Of a DNA stretch of 64,000 bases, positions 36,061 to 48,619 are shown piece after piece. This stretch comes from Squalus acanthias. Its lineage: Eukaryota. A program made the position numbers and the translations under genes. The notes beneath the pieces were generated by a model. The model did not search any database. It was not told the origin of the DNA and saw nothing but the letters and a program-made list of their open reading frames with translations. The number at the start of each line of letters is the position of its first letter. Within the stretch, counting starts at the first letter, position 1. Where the stretch lies: NCBI GenBank assembly GCA_030390025.1, contig CM059432.1, positions 7,502,001-7,566,000 of the forward strand. Reading direction: 5' to 3'.

Positions 36061-37201
36061 TGAAGGGATAATTACTAGTCCTAGCCCCTTTAGGGTTACC
36101 CCGGATCAGGCGTATTCCTCAGACGTTCACTTTCAACTAAAGTTTGAGGTAGCCGAATCCTAAAGACGCTTAATTGGGTCTAAAGGTCCGGACTATCTCT
36201 CCCTAAAGGAAAGGAACAACCTGAAAATGTTACCGTCCTCCAGATAGCACTTTTAATAAGTTTAGCTAGACTGTAACGTTCCGGATATTATGAGGGTCTG
36301 GAAAACTCCCTCAGAATTCTGCAACTCCTCACCAAAGAGTGTCCAGAGATTGAGTTCGCGAGTTTGATACAGAAGTCTTATGTGAGACAATTCTAAAAAT
36401 ATATAGATTTATTAAAGAACCGAGATGTAATTTACAGTTGGTGAGTCAATCGCAACATTAACAGTTCCAAAAAGAGAAAGCTTACAATCCTATTATCAGA
36501 GAACCTTACTCTCAAATCTTAACTTCGCTACAGTTTTACAGTTCTTAAAGTTCTATTCAGGATATCCACCAAAATCAAATACCTTTGATCCCCGAGGTAC
36601 AAAGAGTTGGAGACTTACAGAGCCACCTCTGAAGCCGAGAATTGCTTTGCCCCTTTAAAGCGAGTCGACTATCCCATTTGAGAGTTCAATATTTATACCC
36701 TTTTCCAGTGGTATTTCCTTTAAGGTTTTCTGCGGATGCAAGCTAATTATCTCTAGTCATCTTTCTGCTGACCTCTGCAATTCTTACTGCCAGATCAGCT
36801 GGCAGCATTACAGAATCATGTCTCCTCTCTAGGTGTTCTAAGTTTCCCATAAAAAACGGTGTAACGGCAGGTGTGTTTTACTTGATGTCATTTTTATGAA
36901 GGCAGATGTTTCTTACTTTTCTGTGCTTCTTTACGAAGTGTAAATTATAACACTTTATCCAGGGTGATCCATTGTTTCATTCCGAAAGGTTCAGCCTGCC
37001 AGAGCCTTTAACCTTCTGTTTCAATAAGGTTATTGATTCAGTGTCAACAACTATCTTATCTCAATAGCCAGAATGCTTTCACAGCTTTTTCATAGTTAGG
37101 TTTCTAGATTTCCAAACCCAGTTTGTCATGTTTTAACAAGGCCAGAATTCTTTCAAAAGATAGTGTATTTTTCTGAATAGGTTATATGGCTTATTCCTTC
37201 A
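36061..37201 (-). mobile_element. Solo LTR (1141 bp) inserted in a CR1 (35915-36060 + 37202-37507)
   Basis: TG...CA ends with inverted TGAAGGGATAA / TTATTCCTTCA; 6-bp TSD CTAGGG/CAAGGG; TATAAAT (36697-36691) and AATAAA (36413-36408) on minus. Confidence 0.8.
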
Positions 37202-38025
37202 CAAGGGGGCATAGTTTCAGAATAAGGGGTCGCCCATTTAAAACTGAGATGAGGAGGAATTTCTTCTCACAGAGGGTCATAAATCTGTGGAATTCTCTGC
37301 CCCAGAGAGCCGTGGAGGCTGGGTCATTAAATACATTTAAGGTGGAGATAGACAGATTTTTGAACAATAAGGGAGTGAAGGGTTATGGGGAGCGGGCAGG
37401 GAAGTGGCTTTGAGCCCAAGATCAGCCATGATCTTATTGAATGGCGGAGCAGGCTCGAGGGGCCGAATGACCTACTCCTGCTCCTATTTCTTATGTTCTT
37501 ATGTTCTTTTCTGCAGCTGCCTCTTTTATCCTGATTATTTCTTCGAAATGAAATCAGGAATAAACTGCCCCGGGAACGCCGTGCAAGGACAAGCTAATTA
37601 ATATTATTTACAGTAATGGTTGTAGGTTTACATGGTTGTTTAATCTTCATTAACCAATACCTTGTGCAACAGTAACATCGGGTAATTCTAATGGATGTGT
37701 TTATATTCAAGCTCAGTGTGTGTGTTTCTCTACAATGGTTCATTGTTAATTTTGAACTAGCTGTCTCAGCAGAAAATTAACACTCGGCAGTGCTACAAAA
37801 GAAGTCCTAAAGTGGTTTTATTGTCGGACAATAAAAGAAATGTATTAAATTCAGGCTAAACTGCACATTTCACTCACGGCACTGATTTTTAGGGAATTAT
37901 TTTTACTACTTTCAACCAAATAACTGTAGTGGTCTTGAACCTTTGAATTACGTTTAAAAATATGAAGCCAGACAGACCAAACAAACACTTAAGTTTCTGT
38001 TAATTTTGTGGGAGGTATTTTTCTC

Positions 38026-38420
38026 ATGTCAGCCGTGGCTCAGTGGGCAGCAACCTCGCCTCTGAGTCAGAAGGTTGTGGATTCATAGTCCCACTCCAGA
38101 GACTTGAACATGAAAATCTAGGTCTGACACTCCCGTGCAGTACTGAGGGAGTGCTGCACTGCCAAAGGTGCCGTCTTTCAGCTGAGACGTTAAACAGAGG
38201 CCCTGTCTGCTCCCTCAGGTGGACGTAAAAGATCCCACGGGGATAGTGCAGGAAAGTGGAGATGAGGTGGAAGATCAGCCATGATCTTATTGAATGGCGG
38301 AGCAGGCTCGAGGGGCCGAATGGCCGACTCCTGCTCCTATTTCTTATGTTCTTATGTAAAGCGGTTTGGATGTCCGGTGGACAGGAAAAGCGGATATAAA
38401 TGCAAGTCTTTCTTTCTTTC
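38026..38420 (+). mobile_element. Deu SINE with centre replaced by a CR1 3' tail (38240-38357)
   Basis: SINE head/body to GATCCCAC, CR1 3' UTR, then SINE tail. Confidence 0.75.
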
Positions 38421-38794
38421 TTTTTTTAATCTGTTTTCACTGTTGTACTTTGTTCGCACTCGGTCAGTTGAGCGATGATGAATCCCGCACTTGTCTACTA
38501 CAATTTATCGAAATCATTCACTGTTACTAAAAGCATTTGATTATAAGCTAAGGATTTCATCCCGTAGTTGGACTGACACATGGTAAATCCTTCTGTGCAA
38601 CAGACATAAAACCCTATCCAGATATAACACAGTAATAATACAGCTCCGTCTCCATTCTTGCTTTTATGTTCCCACACAGTGTCCTGAGGGAATAAGTGCC
38701 TGATCTAATAGTTTCAATTTAAGTTGCAGATTTTACAGCTTTCAAAACCATTGGCCTTTCTTGGAAAATGCACGTGCTGGATGAGGACAAGGTG

Positions 38795-39167
38795 CACAAA
38801 GTTATGAGGGGCCCAGATAGGGTGGATAGGAAGGACCTATTTCCTTTAGCAGAGAGGTCAATAACCAGGGGGCACAGATTTAAAGTAATTGGTAGAAGGA
38901 ATGGAGGGGAGTTGAGGAGAATTTTTTTCACCCAGAGGGTGGTGGGGGTCTGGAACTCACTGCCTGAAAGGGTGGTAGAGGCTGAAACCCTCATCACATT
39001 TAAAAAGTACTTGGATATGCACTTGAAGTGCCGTAACCTACAGGGCTACGGACCAAGAGCTGGAAAGTGGGATTAGGCCGGAGAGCTCTTTTTCGGCCGG
39101 CACAGACACGATGGGCCGAACGGCCTCCTTCTGTGCCGTAAATCTTTATAATTCTATGATTCTATGA
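38795..39167 (+). mobile_element. CR1 3' end
   Basis: RRIFFTQRVVGVWNSLPERVVEA; GATTCTAT tail. Confidence 0.88.
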
Positions 39168-39533
39168 CAGGATGGGGCTGAGTTAACGCAGCCCTTCCCT
39201 TAGTCAGATAACCTGCTGGCGCTTATTGACTTGACTCACAGGTTAAGAAGGACACTTGGGTGAGGTATTGTAGGAGCGCTGGCAACCATAGAATGGTCCA
39301 CACACATCAGCTGCAAAGTGCTCGCTGACCTACATTGGCTCCCGGTCCGGCAACGCCTCAACTTAAAAATTCTTATCCTTGTTTTCAAATCCCTCCATTG
39401 CCTCGCCCCTCCCGGGGTGCATGAACAGAGAGACCTGGGGGTATATGTGCACAAATCATTGAAGGTGGCAGGGCAGGTTGAGAAAGTGGTTAAAAAAGCT
39501 TACGGGATCCTGGGCTTCATAAATAGAGGCATA

Positions 39534-40366
39534 GGGCTGGATTTTGATACTGGGGACGTGATGGAGGTGGGACTCCCACTTTTTGGGTTGTAGTCCCGCC
39601 TCCATCGACTTGTGGCCAACCCACTGCATTTTTACTTGATTGACCTTGTTGAGCCCACCCAGCGAGCTCAGCAGGCCAATTAAGGGCCACCCGGCAACAG
39701 GTGACGTCACAGATTGACATTTCATCTGTCAAGAGCTTTTGACAGATGAAATATCAGCGTTTGACAGCTCTGTGAAGCTGTCAAACACTGACAATCTGTC
39801 TTCTAACTTGAGTCCTTCCTCTCAGGCTGAGTTAGAAATCATTCCAGCACAGAAAACAGAGGCTGCAGGTTTTGACAGCTCCACGGCCATTCTGCTTTCT
39901 GTGCCGGTGAGATTTCTGACTCCCGAGACCTGAAGGGCTGACACCTGCAGGAGGAAGTTAAGGTAAGTAAAACTTTTTCCCACACTTTACACTTACCTTA
40001 CACACTTACCTCTGCACACATGCACTCATCACTCACCTGCCCACCGGACATATCGACCCCTCCAACCCCTACAGACCCACGGTCCGCCTCGCTAACTTGG
40101 CGTGGTTGGGACCTGTCAGGAAGTCCACATTTCAGCCTTCAAAATAGGGATTAGGCAAAAAACTGCCTGTTAACTACCTGTTAATTGTCACTAATCCCCT
40201 TCCCGCCTCGGGGAGGCGGGTCCCAGCACAGGTTGGGTACCCGCCTCCAGAGAAACTGGCATGGAGGTGGGTTGGGGGCGGGATGGGTTCGGGACTCCCG
40301 AATCTGCAACTTTAACCCCCCACACGCCTCCAAACCCGCCTCCACGGGTCAATGAAAATCCAGCCC
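39534..40366. mobile_element. PIF/Harbinger-type non-autonomous element (family C) inside a CR1 (39412-39533 + 40367-40840)
   Basis: Perfect 12-bp TIR GGGCTGGATTTT / AAAATCCAGCCC; TSD ATA (39531-39533, 40367-40369); CR1 sequence rejoins across it. Confidence 0.88.
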
Positions 40367-41424
40367 ATAGAGTAGAAAAGCAAGGAAGTTATGATGAACC
40401 TGTATAAAACACTGGTTCGACCTCAACTGGAGTATTGTGTCCAATTCTGGGCACCGCACTTTTGGAAGGATGTGAAGGCCTTAGAGAGGGTGCAGAAAAG
40501 ATTTACAAGAATGGTTCCAGGGATGAGGGACTTCAGTTACGTGGATAGACTGGAGAAGCTGTGGGGTTGTTCTCCTCAGAGCAGAGAAGGTTGAGAGGAG
40601 ATTTGATCGAGGTGTTCAAAATCATGAGGGGTCTGGACAGAGTAGATAGAGAGAAACTATTCCCACTGGCGGAAGGGTCGAGAACCAGAGGACACAGATT
40701 TAAGGTGATTGGCAGAAGAACCAATGACGACATGAGGGAAAACTTTTTAACAGAGCGAGTGGTTATGATCTGGAATGCACTGCCTGAGAGGGTGGTGGAG
40801 GCAGAATCAATCGTGGCTTTCAAATGGGAGTTGGATAAGTTAGCGCCCCAAAGGGGGGGGCGGGGGCGCCACCAAATATTTCCCCCTTATCATGTAAATT
40901 GTTTCAAATTCCCCAAACATTGATTTAGTACAGTGACTGTTACACAGGCAAATGCATATAATGTACAAAGGACGCTGGTGAAATGTTGGGCTTCCACTGG
41001 GCTGCACTGGAACTGTACGTAGAGTGGCCAAACCAGCGGTCCTTTAAAACAGCTCCGAGCAAAAACTTAAGCTGCATCTCTCTAAGCGCTGCTGCCTACA
41101 CTGAATTTTACCATCCCCGAGCTCGTTCTGCGCCTGTCCTCTATTCAAATTCCAGCCCGGAATTCACGCGCCGCTCACTCCGAGCGGCCAGGGAAGATTC
41201 ACTTGCGCCACGGACCAACTCAAGTCCCATTTTTTGTCACTCTCACAAAAACTGGGGCTCAAGGCTTTGCAGACAACAACAATTCACACAACGATTCCGA
41301 GGCCGAAGAACATTAGAGCTGCACTCTGCCAAGGCGGGTGGATGGACTTAAGATACAGATCAGCCAGGATCAAATTGAATGGCGGAACAGGCTCGAGGGG
41401 CTGAATGGCCTCCTCCCGTTCCTA

Positions 41425-41890
41425 TAAAAGAAAGAAAGTCCTGCATTTATATAGCGCCTTTCACGACCACCGGACGTCCCAAAGTGCTTTTCAGCCAATG
41501 AAGTACTTTTTGAAGTAGAGTCACTGTTGTAATGTGGGAAACGCGGCAGCCAATTTGCGCACAGCAAGCTCCCACAAACAGTAATGTGATAATGACCAGA
41601 TAATCTGTTTTTAGTGATGTTGGTTGAGGGATATAAACATTGGCCAGGACACCGGGGATATCTTCAAAATAGTGGCCTTGGGATCTTTTATGTCCACCTG
41701 AGAGCGCAGATGGGGCCTCGGTTTAACGTCTCATCTGAAAGACGGCACCTCTGACAGTGCTGCACTCCCTCAGTACTGCACAGGGAGTGTCAGCCTAGAT
41801 TTTTGTGCTCAAGTCTCTGGAATGGAACTTGGACCCACAACCTTCTGACTCAGAGGCGAGGGTGCTGCCCACTGAGCCACGGCTAACACT
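41425..41890 (-). mobile_element. Full-length Deu-domain SINE
   Basis: Reverse complement of consensus. Confidence 0.9.
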
Positions 41891-43763
41891 ATGTTCCCAT
41901 AACTAGAAATCCAAATTGATCTGATTCAGGCAATTTAGATTACTATGAAAAAATGAAACATTCTCGCTTTAAATGAATGCAGAGTTTTCTGTGGGTCTAA
42001 GGTCCAGTCTTGCCTGTATGGATTATGTTTTATTCACCAGTATTTTTCCTCATTTAACAGGATCGCAAGACGCGTATGGATGAGGAAAGCCATTCAGCCC
42101 ATCGTAATTCGTCCATCCAGCTGAACCTTACAGTTCTCCCCACCCCCCATTGGCTAGATCTAATTGTTTCTTAAATGATTGGCGGGGGTTTTATCTCTAG
42201 CACTCTGCCCAGGAGACCATTCCAAGTGTCAATCATTCTCTACTTGAAGAAGAACAACCTGATATCAGTCCTAAAATTACCTTTTACTGCTTCAAACCTG
42301 TCCCCCCCCCCCCCCCGCAGTTAAAGTTCAAGTAATATTCCAAACTCGCCTTTTTTCATACTCTTGAGCCTGGGCCAGTGCCACAAAGGATAACGTGTCT
42401 GACTATGTGTCAGAAGATTGTAGGTTCGACACCTACCTGGCTCTGACTGTTTTAAAGGTGATTGGCAAAACAATCCGGAGGTGACATGAGGAAAAACTTT
42501 TTTACGCAACGAGTGTTTAGGATTTGGAATGCGCTGCCTGATAGGGCGGTGGAGACAGATTCAATAGTAGCCTTCAAAAGGGAATTGGATAAATACTGGA
42601 AGGAGAAAAAGTTGCAGGGATATGGGGAAAGAAAGAAAGAAAGACTTGCATTCATAGAGCACCTTTCACGACCACCGGACGTCTCAAAGCGTTTTACACC
42701 TAATGAAGTTTTTTTTTGAAGTGTAGTCACTGTTGTAATGTGGGAAACATAGCAGCCAATTTGCGCACAGCAAGGTCCCACAAACAGCAATGTGAAAATG
42801 ACCGGATAATCTGTTGTTTTTGTTATGTTGGTTGAGGGATGGTTGAGGAAAGAGCAGGGGGGAGTGGGACTAACTGGATTGCTCTGCGATGGAGCCGGCG
42901 CAGACTCGATGGGCCGAATGGCCTCCTTCTGTGCTGTAGTACTGTAGTCTCTGGTTCTATCCTGTACGGCTCTATAAGGTCACCTCTCAGAGACCTCTGT
43001 CCCAGGCTGAAAAACTTAAGTCTCTCCAGTCTTTTCCTGAGCACTCAGTTTCCTGACACGAGGGACCAGCCTCATGGGTCGTCCCCAACAGCTGGACGCC
43101 TCCCTTGTTTCTTGATGACCAAGATTGGATGCCGTACTCAAGGACCAGAGCACTGCACAGTTTAATCTTGACTTCCTCTGACTTATATTTCACTGTTTTA
43201 GCTATATAGCTCAACATTGTATTGATTTGATTTATTATTGCTTTGCGTGGAATGGACATGCTGAGTGCTGAGTCTAACCACTTTCCTTGATCTCCTTGAA
43301 CTGCACCCCTTAGTTATTCATAATATCATGGAGTATGCATGTCACACATTTTTCCTTTGTATGTGCCGTATTTCTTTGTGTGCTGCGTGGCATTTACATA
43401 AGAACATGAGAAATAGGAGCAGGAGGAGGCCATTTGGCCCCTCAAGCCTGCTCCACCATTCAATAAGATCATGGCTGATCTTCAACCTCAGCTCCACTTT
43501 CCTGCACTATTCCCATATCCCTTGAGTGCCAAAAAATCTATCGATCTCTGTCTTGAATATACTCAACGACTGAGCATCCACAGCCCTCTGGGGCAGAGAA
43601 TTCCAAAGATTCACAACCCTCTGAGTGAAGAAATTCCTCCTCATCTCGGTCTTAAATGGCCGACCCCTTGTCCTGAGATTATGACCCCTGGTTCTAGACT
43701 CTTCAGGCAGGGGGAAGCAACCTCTCAGCATCGACCCTGTCAAGCTGTCTAAGAATTTTATAT

Positions 43764-43989
43764 AATATAAAAACAGAAAATGCATGAAATACTCAGCAGG
43801 TCAGGCAGCATCTGTGGAGAGAGAAACAGGGTTAACGTTTCAGGTCGATGACCCTTCGTCAGACGAGTCATCGACCTGAAACGTTAACTCTGTTTCTCTC
43901 TCCACAGATGCTGCCTGACCTGCTGAGTATTTCCAGCATTTTCTGTTTTTATTTCAGATTTCCAGCATCCGCAGTATTTTGCTTTTGTA
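43764..43989. mobile_element. Penelope family 1 hairpin mini-element with hammerhead core (43831-43863, minus)
   Basis: ~85-bp inverted arms plus unpaired 3' tail; 14-bp TSD TAAGAATTTTATAT at 43750-43763 and 43990-44003; inside a CR1 (43396-43763, resuming at 46046). Confidence 0.88.
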
Positions 43990-44006
43990 TAAGAATTTTA
44001 TATGTT

Positions 44007-46045
44007 ATAAGAACATAAGAACATAAGAAATAGGAGCAGGAGTAGGCCAATCGGCCCCTCGAGCCTGCTCCGCCATTCAATAAGATCATGGCTGATCTGA
44101 TCCTAACCGCCAATCTACTATCACAGAACCATCTCCTGCATCTAACAGAATTGCACACACGAAATAAGAGCAGAATCAGGCTACACGGTCCCTGGGCCCG
44201 CTCCACTACCCACAGGGCCATGACCGATCCGAACCTAGACTCATGTCCAAATTCCTGCCCGCTCCCCGTAACCCTTAATGCCCTTTACTTCTAGGAAACT
44301 GTCTATTTCTGTTTTAAATTTATTTAATGATGTAGCTTCTACAGCTTTTTGTGGCAGCATATTCCATGGACCTACCACCCTCTGAGTGAAGTAGTTCCTC
44401 CTCATCTCAGTTTTGAAAGAGCAGCCCCTTATTCTAAGACTATGTCCCCTAGTTCTAGTCTCACCCGTCATCGGGAACATCCTCCCCGCATCCACCCGAT
44501 CCAACCCCTTCACAATCTTATATGTTTCAATAAGATCGCCTCTCATTCTTCTGAACTCCAATGAGTAGAGTCCCAATCTACCCAACCTCTCCTCATATGA
44601 CCACCCCCTCATCCCCGGGATTAACCGAGTGAACCTTTTTTGCACTGCCTCGAGAGCAAGGATGTCTTTCCTTAAGTAAGGACACCAAAACTGTATGCAG
44701 TATTCCAGGTGCGGTCTCACCAATACCTTGTACAACTGAAGCAATACCTCCCTATTTTTATATTCTATCCCCCTAGCAATGAAAGCCAACATTCCATTTG
44801 CCTTCTTAATCACTTGCTGCACCTGCATACTAACCTTTTGAGTTTCGTGCACCAGGACCCCCAGATCCCTTTGGACTTCAGTACTCTCCAGTTTCTTGCC
44901 ATTAAGATAATAAATTGCTCTAGGATTTTTCCTGCCAAAGTGCATCACCTCACACTTTCCAGTGTTGTATTCCATCTGCCAAATCTCTGCCCACTTACTT
45001 AGCCTGTCTATGTCCCCTTGCAGGTTTTTTATGTCCTCCTCACTCACTACTTTCCCTCCCATCTTTGTATCATCTGCAAATTTTGATATGTTACACTTGG
45101 TCCCTTCCTCCAAATCATTAATATAGATTGTAAAGAGTTGGGGACCCAGCACTGACCCCTGTGGAACACCACTAGTTACTGATTGCCAGTCTGAGAATGA
45201 ACCATTTATCCCAACTCTTTGCTTTCTGTTAGATAGCCAATCCTCTATCCATGCCAGAATATTACCCCCAATCCCGTGATTTTTTACCTTAAGCAATAAT
45301 CTTTTGTGTGGCACCTTGTCAAATGCCTTTTGGAAGTCTAAATACACTACGTCCACTGGTTCCCCTTTATCCACTCTATATGTTACTTCCTCAAAGAACT
45401 CCAGCAAATTTGTCAAACATGACTTCCCCTTCGTAAAACCATGCTGACTTTGTCCTATTAAATTATGATTATCCAAATGTCCTGTTACTGTTTCCTTAAT
45501 AATGGACTCCAAAATTTTACCTACCACAGATGTTAGGCTAACCGGTCTATAGTTACCAGCCTTCTGTCTACTGCCCTTTTTAAATAAGGGTGTTACATTA
45601 GCAGTTTTCCAGTCTGCCGGGACCTTAGCGGAATCCAGGGAGTTTTGAAAAATTATTACCAATGCATCTACAATCCCTACCGCCACTTCCTTCAAGACTC
45701 TAGGATGTAAGCCATCAGGTCCAGGTGATTTATCCGCCTTGAGTCCCATTATTTTACCGAGTACCACTTCCTTAGTGATTTTGATCGTGTTTAGCTCCTC
45801 TCCCCCTATAGCCCCCTGTTTGTCCAGTGTTGGGATATTCTTAGTGTCCTCTACTGTAAAGACTGATACAAAATATTCATTCAGTGTTTTTGCCATCTCC
45901 ATATTTCCCACCATTAATTTCCCGGTCTCATCCTCTAAGGGACCAACATTTACTTTAGCCACCCTTTTTCTTTTTATATAACTATAAAAACTCTTACTAT
46001 CTGTTTTATATTTTTTGCTAATTTACTTTCATAATCTATCTTCCC
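44007..46045 (-). mobile_element. Young 5'-truncated CR1/HER1 LINE with duplicated 3' UTR
   Basis: Uninterrupted ORF2 portion, two tandem 3' UTR modules, TTCTTATG-type tail; ATGTT on both flanks. Confidence 0.95.
44241..45962 (-). CDS. CR1 ORF2 reverse transcriptase (partial; endonuclease missing)
   Basis: 573 open codons with KSPGPDG, NYRPVSLTS, QHGF, YLDFQKAFDKV, GVPQGSVLGP, KFADD motifs. Confidence 0.95.
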   Translation of the reverse strand: MAKVNVGPLEDETGKLMVGNMEMAKTLNEYFVSVFTVEDTKNIPTLDKQGAIGGEELNTIKITKEVVLGKIMGLKADKSPGPDGLHPRVLKEVAVGIVDALVIIFQNSLDSAKVPADWKTANVTPLFKKGSRQKAGNYRPVSLTSVVGKILESIIKETVTGHLDNHNLIGQSQHGFTKGKSCLTNLLEFFEEVTYRVDKGEPVDVVYLDFQKAFDKVPHKRLLLKVKNHGIGGNILAWIEDWLSNRKQRVGINGSFSDWQSVTSGVPQGSVLGPQLFTIYINDLEEGTKCNISKFADDTKMGGKVVSEEDIKNLQGDIDRLSKWAEIWQMEYNTGKCEVMHFGRKNPRAIYYLNGKKLESTEVQRDLGVLVHETQKVSMQVQQVIKKANGMLAFIARGIEYKNREVLLQLYKVLVRPHLEYCIQFWCPYLRKDILALEAVQKRFTRLIPGMRGWSYEERLGRLGLYSLEFRRMRGDLIETYKIVKGLDRVDAGRMFPMTGETRTRGHSLRIRGCSFKTEMRRNYFTQRVVGPWNMLPQKAVEATSLNKFKTEIDSFLEVKGIKGYGERAGIWT

Positions 46046-46207
46046 ATGTTTCAATGAGATCACCTCTCATTCTTCTAAACTCCAAAGAATATAGGCCTCA
46101 ATCTATGATGCTTTACATGGAAATCAATAGCAAGAGTTTCAATATATCAGAAGAACTGTTATAGTGGTTATTTCTTTTGTAAAATTATTCTATCCATGTT
46201 TGGGCAT

Positions 46208-46682
46208 GTGTTAGATGTGGCTCAGTTAGCAATGCTTCTTGCCTCTGAGTCATGAGGTTGTGGGTTCAAGTCTCACTCCAAGAGACTTAAGTGCAAAAAT
46301 CTAGGCTGGCACTCCCTGTGCAGTGCTGAGGGAGTGCTGCACTGTCAGAGGTGCCGTCTTTCGGATGAGAAGTTAAACCGAGGCCCCGTCTGCTCTCTCA
46401 GGTGAACGCAAATGATCCCATGGCACTATTTTGAAGAAGAGCAGGGGAGATCTCCCTGGTGTTCTGACCAATATTTAAACCTCAATCAACATCACTGGAA
46501 CAGATTATCTGGTCATCATCACATTGCTGTTTGTGGGACCTTGCTGTGTGCGGATTGACTGCCGCGTTTCCTACGTCATAACAGTGACTAGACTTCAAAA
46601 GTACTTCATTGATTGCAAAGCACTTTGGGACGTCCGGTGGTCATGAAAGGTGCTATATAAATGCAAGTCTTTCTTTCTTTTT
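46208..46682 (+). mobile_element. Full-length Deu-domain SINE
   Basis: A/B boxes, body, tail ending (TCTT)n. Confidence 0.9.
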
Positions 46683-46814
46683 AATACACTTCTCAGATTT
46701 AGGCATCCTGAACTTCATGCTTACTACACTTACAGCTGAATTTACCCCATTTTGCTAATCTCCAGAGAGTATTGCTCTGACTTTGGGATGTTCTGCTACT
46801 AACAGGTTTATAAA

Positions 46815-47024
46815 AATGAGAAGTCGCACAACACCAGGTTATAGTCCAACAGTTTTATTTGAAATTACGAGCTTTCGGAGCGCTGCTCCTTCGTCAGGTA
46901 CAGTGAGGGAATACAAATCAGTTACAAAGCTCGTAATTTCAAATAAAACTGTTGGACTATAACCTGGTGTTGTGCGACTTCTCATTTTTGTCCACCCCAG
47001 TCCAACACCGGCATCTCCGCATCA
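46815..47024. mobile_element. Penelope family 2 hairpin mini-element with hammerhead (46866-46900, minus)
   Basis: Inverted arms, 3' tail TGTCCACCCCAGTCCAACACCGGCATCTCC, 15-bp TSD TAACAGGTTTATAAA; minus TAC-CTGACGA-AGGAGCAGCGCTCC-GAAA-GCTC-GTA. Confidence 0.85.
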
Positions 47025-47174
47025 TAACAGGTTTATAAACCTCATAAGGTGAACTCTACAAATACTTTCTACTCGGTTTCTCCAAGTCATTTACCTAGAT
47101 AGACGAGCAAGGTGGAAACTGAGTAGAAATCCTTTGTAGGGGCTTGAGCTCCTGGTTTCTAATAAATCTAAATA

Positions 47175-47760
47175 ATGTTTAAAATTCTTAGACAGCTTGA
47201 CAGGGTAGATGCTGAGAGGTTGTTTCCCCTGGCTGGAGAGTCTAGAACTAGGAGTCACAGTGTCAGGATAAGGGGTCGGCCAGTTAAGACCGAGATGAGG
47301 AGAAATTTCTTCACTCAGAGGGTTGTGAATCTTTGGAATTCTCTACCCCAGAGGGCTGTGGATGCTCAGTCGTTGAGTATATTCGAGACTGAGATCGGTA
47401 GATCTTTGGACCCTAAGGGAATCAAGGGATATGGGGATCGGGCGGGAAAGTGGAGTTGAGATAGAAGATCAGCCATGATCTTATTAACATAGAAACATAG
47501 AAACATAGAAGATAGGAGCAGGAGTAGGCCATTCGGCCCCTCGAGCCTGCTCCGCCATTCGATGAGATCATGGCTGATCATCCAAACTCAGTACCCTGTC
47601 CCTGCCTTCTCCCCATATCCCTTGATCCCTTTAGCTTTAAGAAATATATCTAACTCATTCTTGAATATATTTAATGACTTGGCCTCAACTACCTTAAATG
47701 GCGGAGCAGACTTGAAAGGTCGAGTGGCCTACTCCTGCTCCTGTTTCTTATGTTCTTAAT
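47175..47760. mobile_element. CR1 3' end (+) interrupted by an opposite-strand CR1 3' end (47486-47694)
   Basis: 3' UTR GATCTTATT|AAATGGCGGAGCAG split by the minus copy. Confidence 0.8.
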
Positions 47761-48619
47761 GTTGCCCAACCATCTGCAGCCCAGTACTCCTGTTGTCTGC
47801 GGTGGAAATATTTCAGTTTTAGCAAGTTATATCGAGTTACATCGAGTCCACAGCACAGAAACAGGCCATTCGGCCCAACTGGACTGTGCCGGCATTTACG
47901 CTCCATACCAGCCTCCTCCCACCAAGAGGGTGCAAGACAATTAAAAGGAAAGATTTCCTCTCACCCTAAAACTTTGTAGGTCGCCTGAGTTTTACTTTTG
48001 CTCGAAGATATATTTCCATAAATCCACTTTGTAAAAACCCAAAAACCTGATCTGATGAATGAAACAGGCTGAATGAGCTTAAGCAGGGTATAATAAATCC
48101 TGTCATGCTCTCTCCACACCATCAATCTGTCACAAAAGATTCAGTCAGTGTTGCACTCGCAGAGATGTGACATCACCTATATTACATTTCAGGAGAATGA
48201 GTGGTTGAACCAGGCAGCGGGGAATTACTGCGGCGGGGCTGGGTGATACGCCAGCTCAGCCATAGCTTCTGAAAAGCAATTTTTGAAAATGACTATAGAT
48301 TGCTGAGGGTTGCTGTGTTTGCTGAAGTAACAGTGGTGACCTTGATTGAGAATTGGACTGTTTGCAAACATTAAATTGTAGGTTTGTATGCTAATCCTTC
48401 TTCTCAATGTTACATCAAGCACCACAAGGACCGGCAAGACATGCAGTGCTTCATTATAGGAGCCCTGAAACTCGGAGATTTTTTTTTTTGGAGTTCTGGC
48501 GTAGGGTACAGGAATGTGGGGCTTAAGTCAGATATTTTATAAAACTTCATTCGCGGGATGTGGGCGTCGCTGACAAGGCCAGCATTTATTGCCCCTTCCT
48601 AGTTGCCCTTGAGAAGGTG

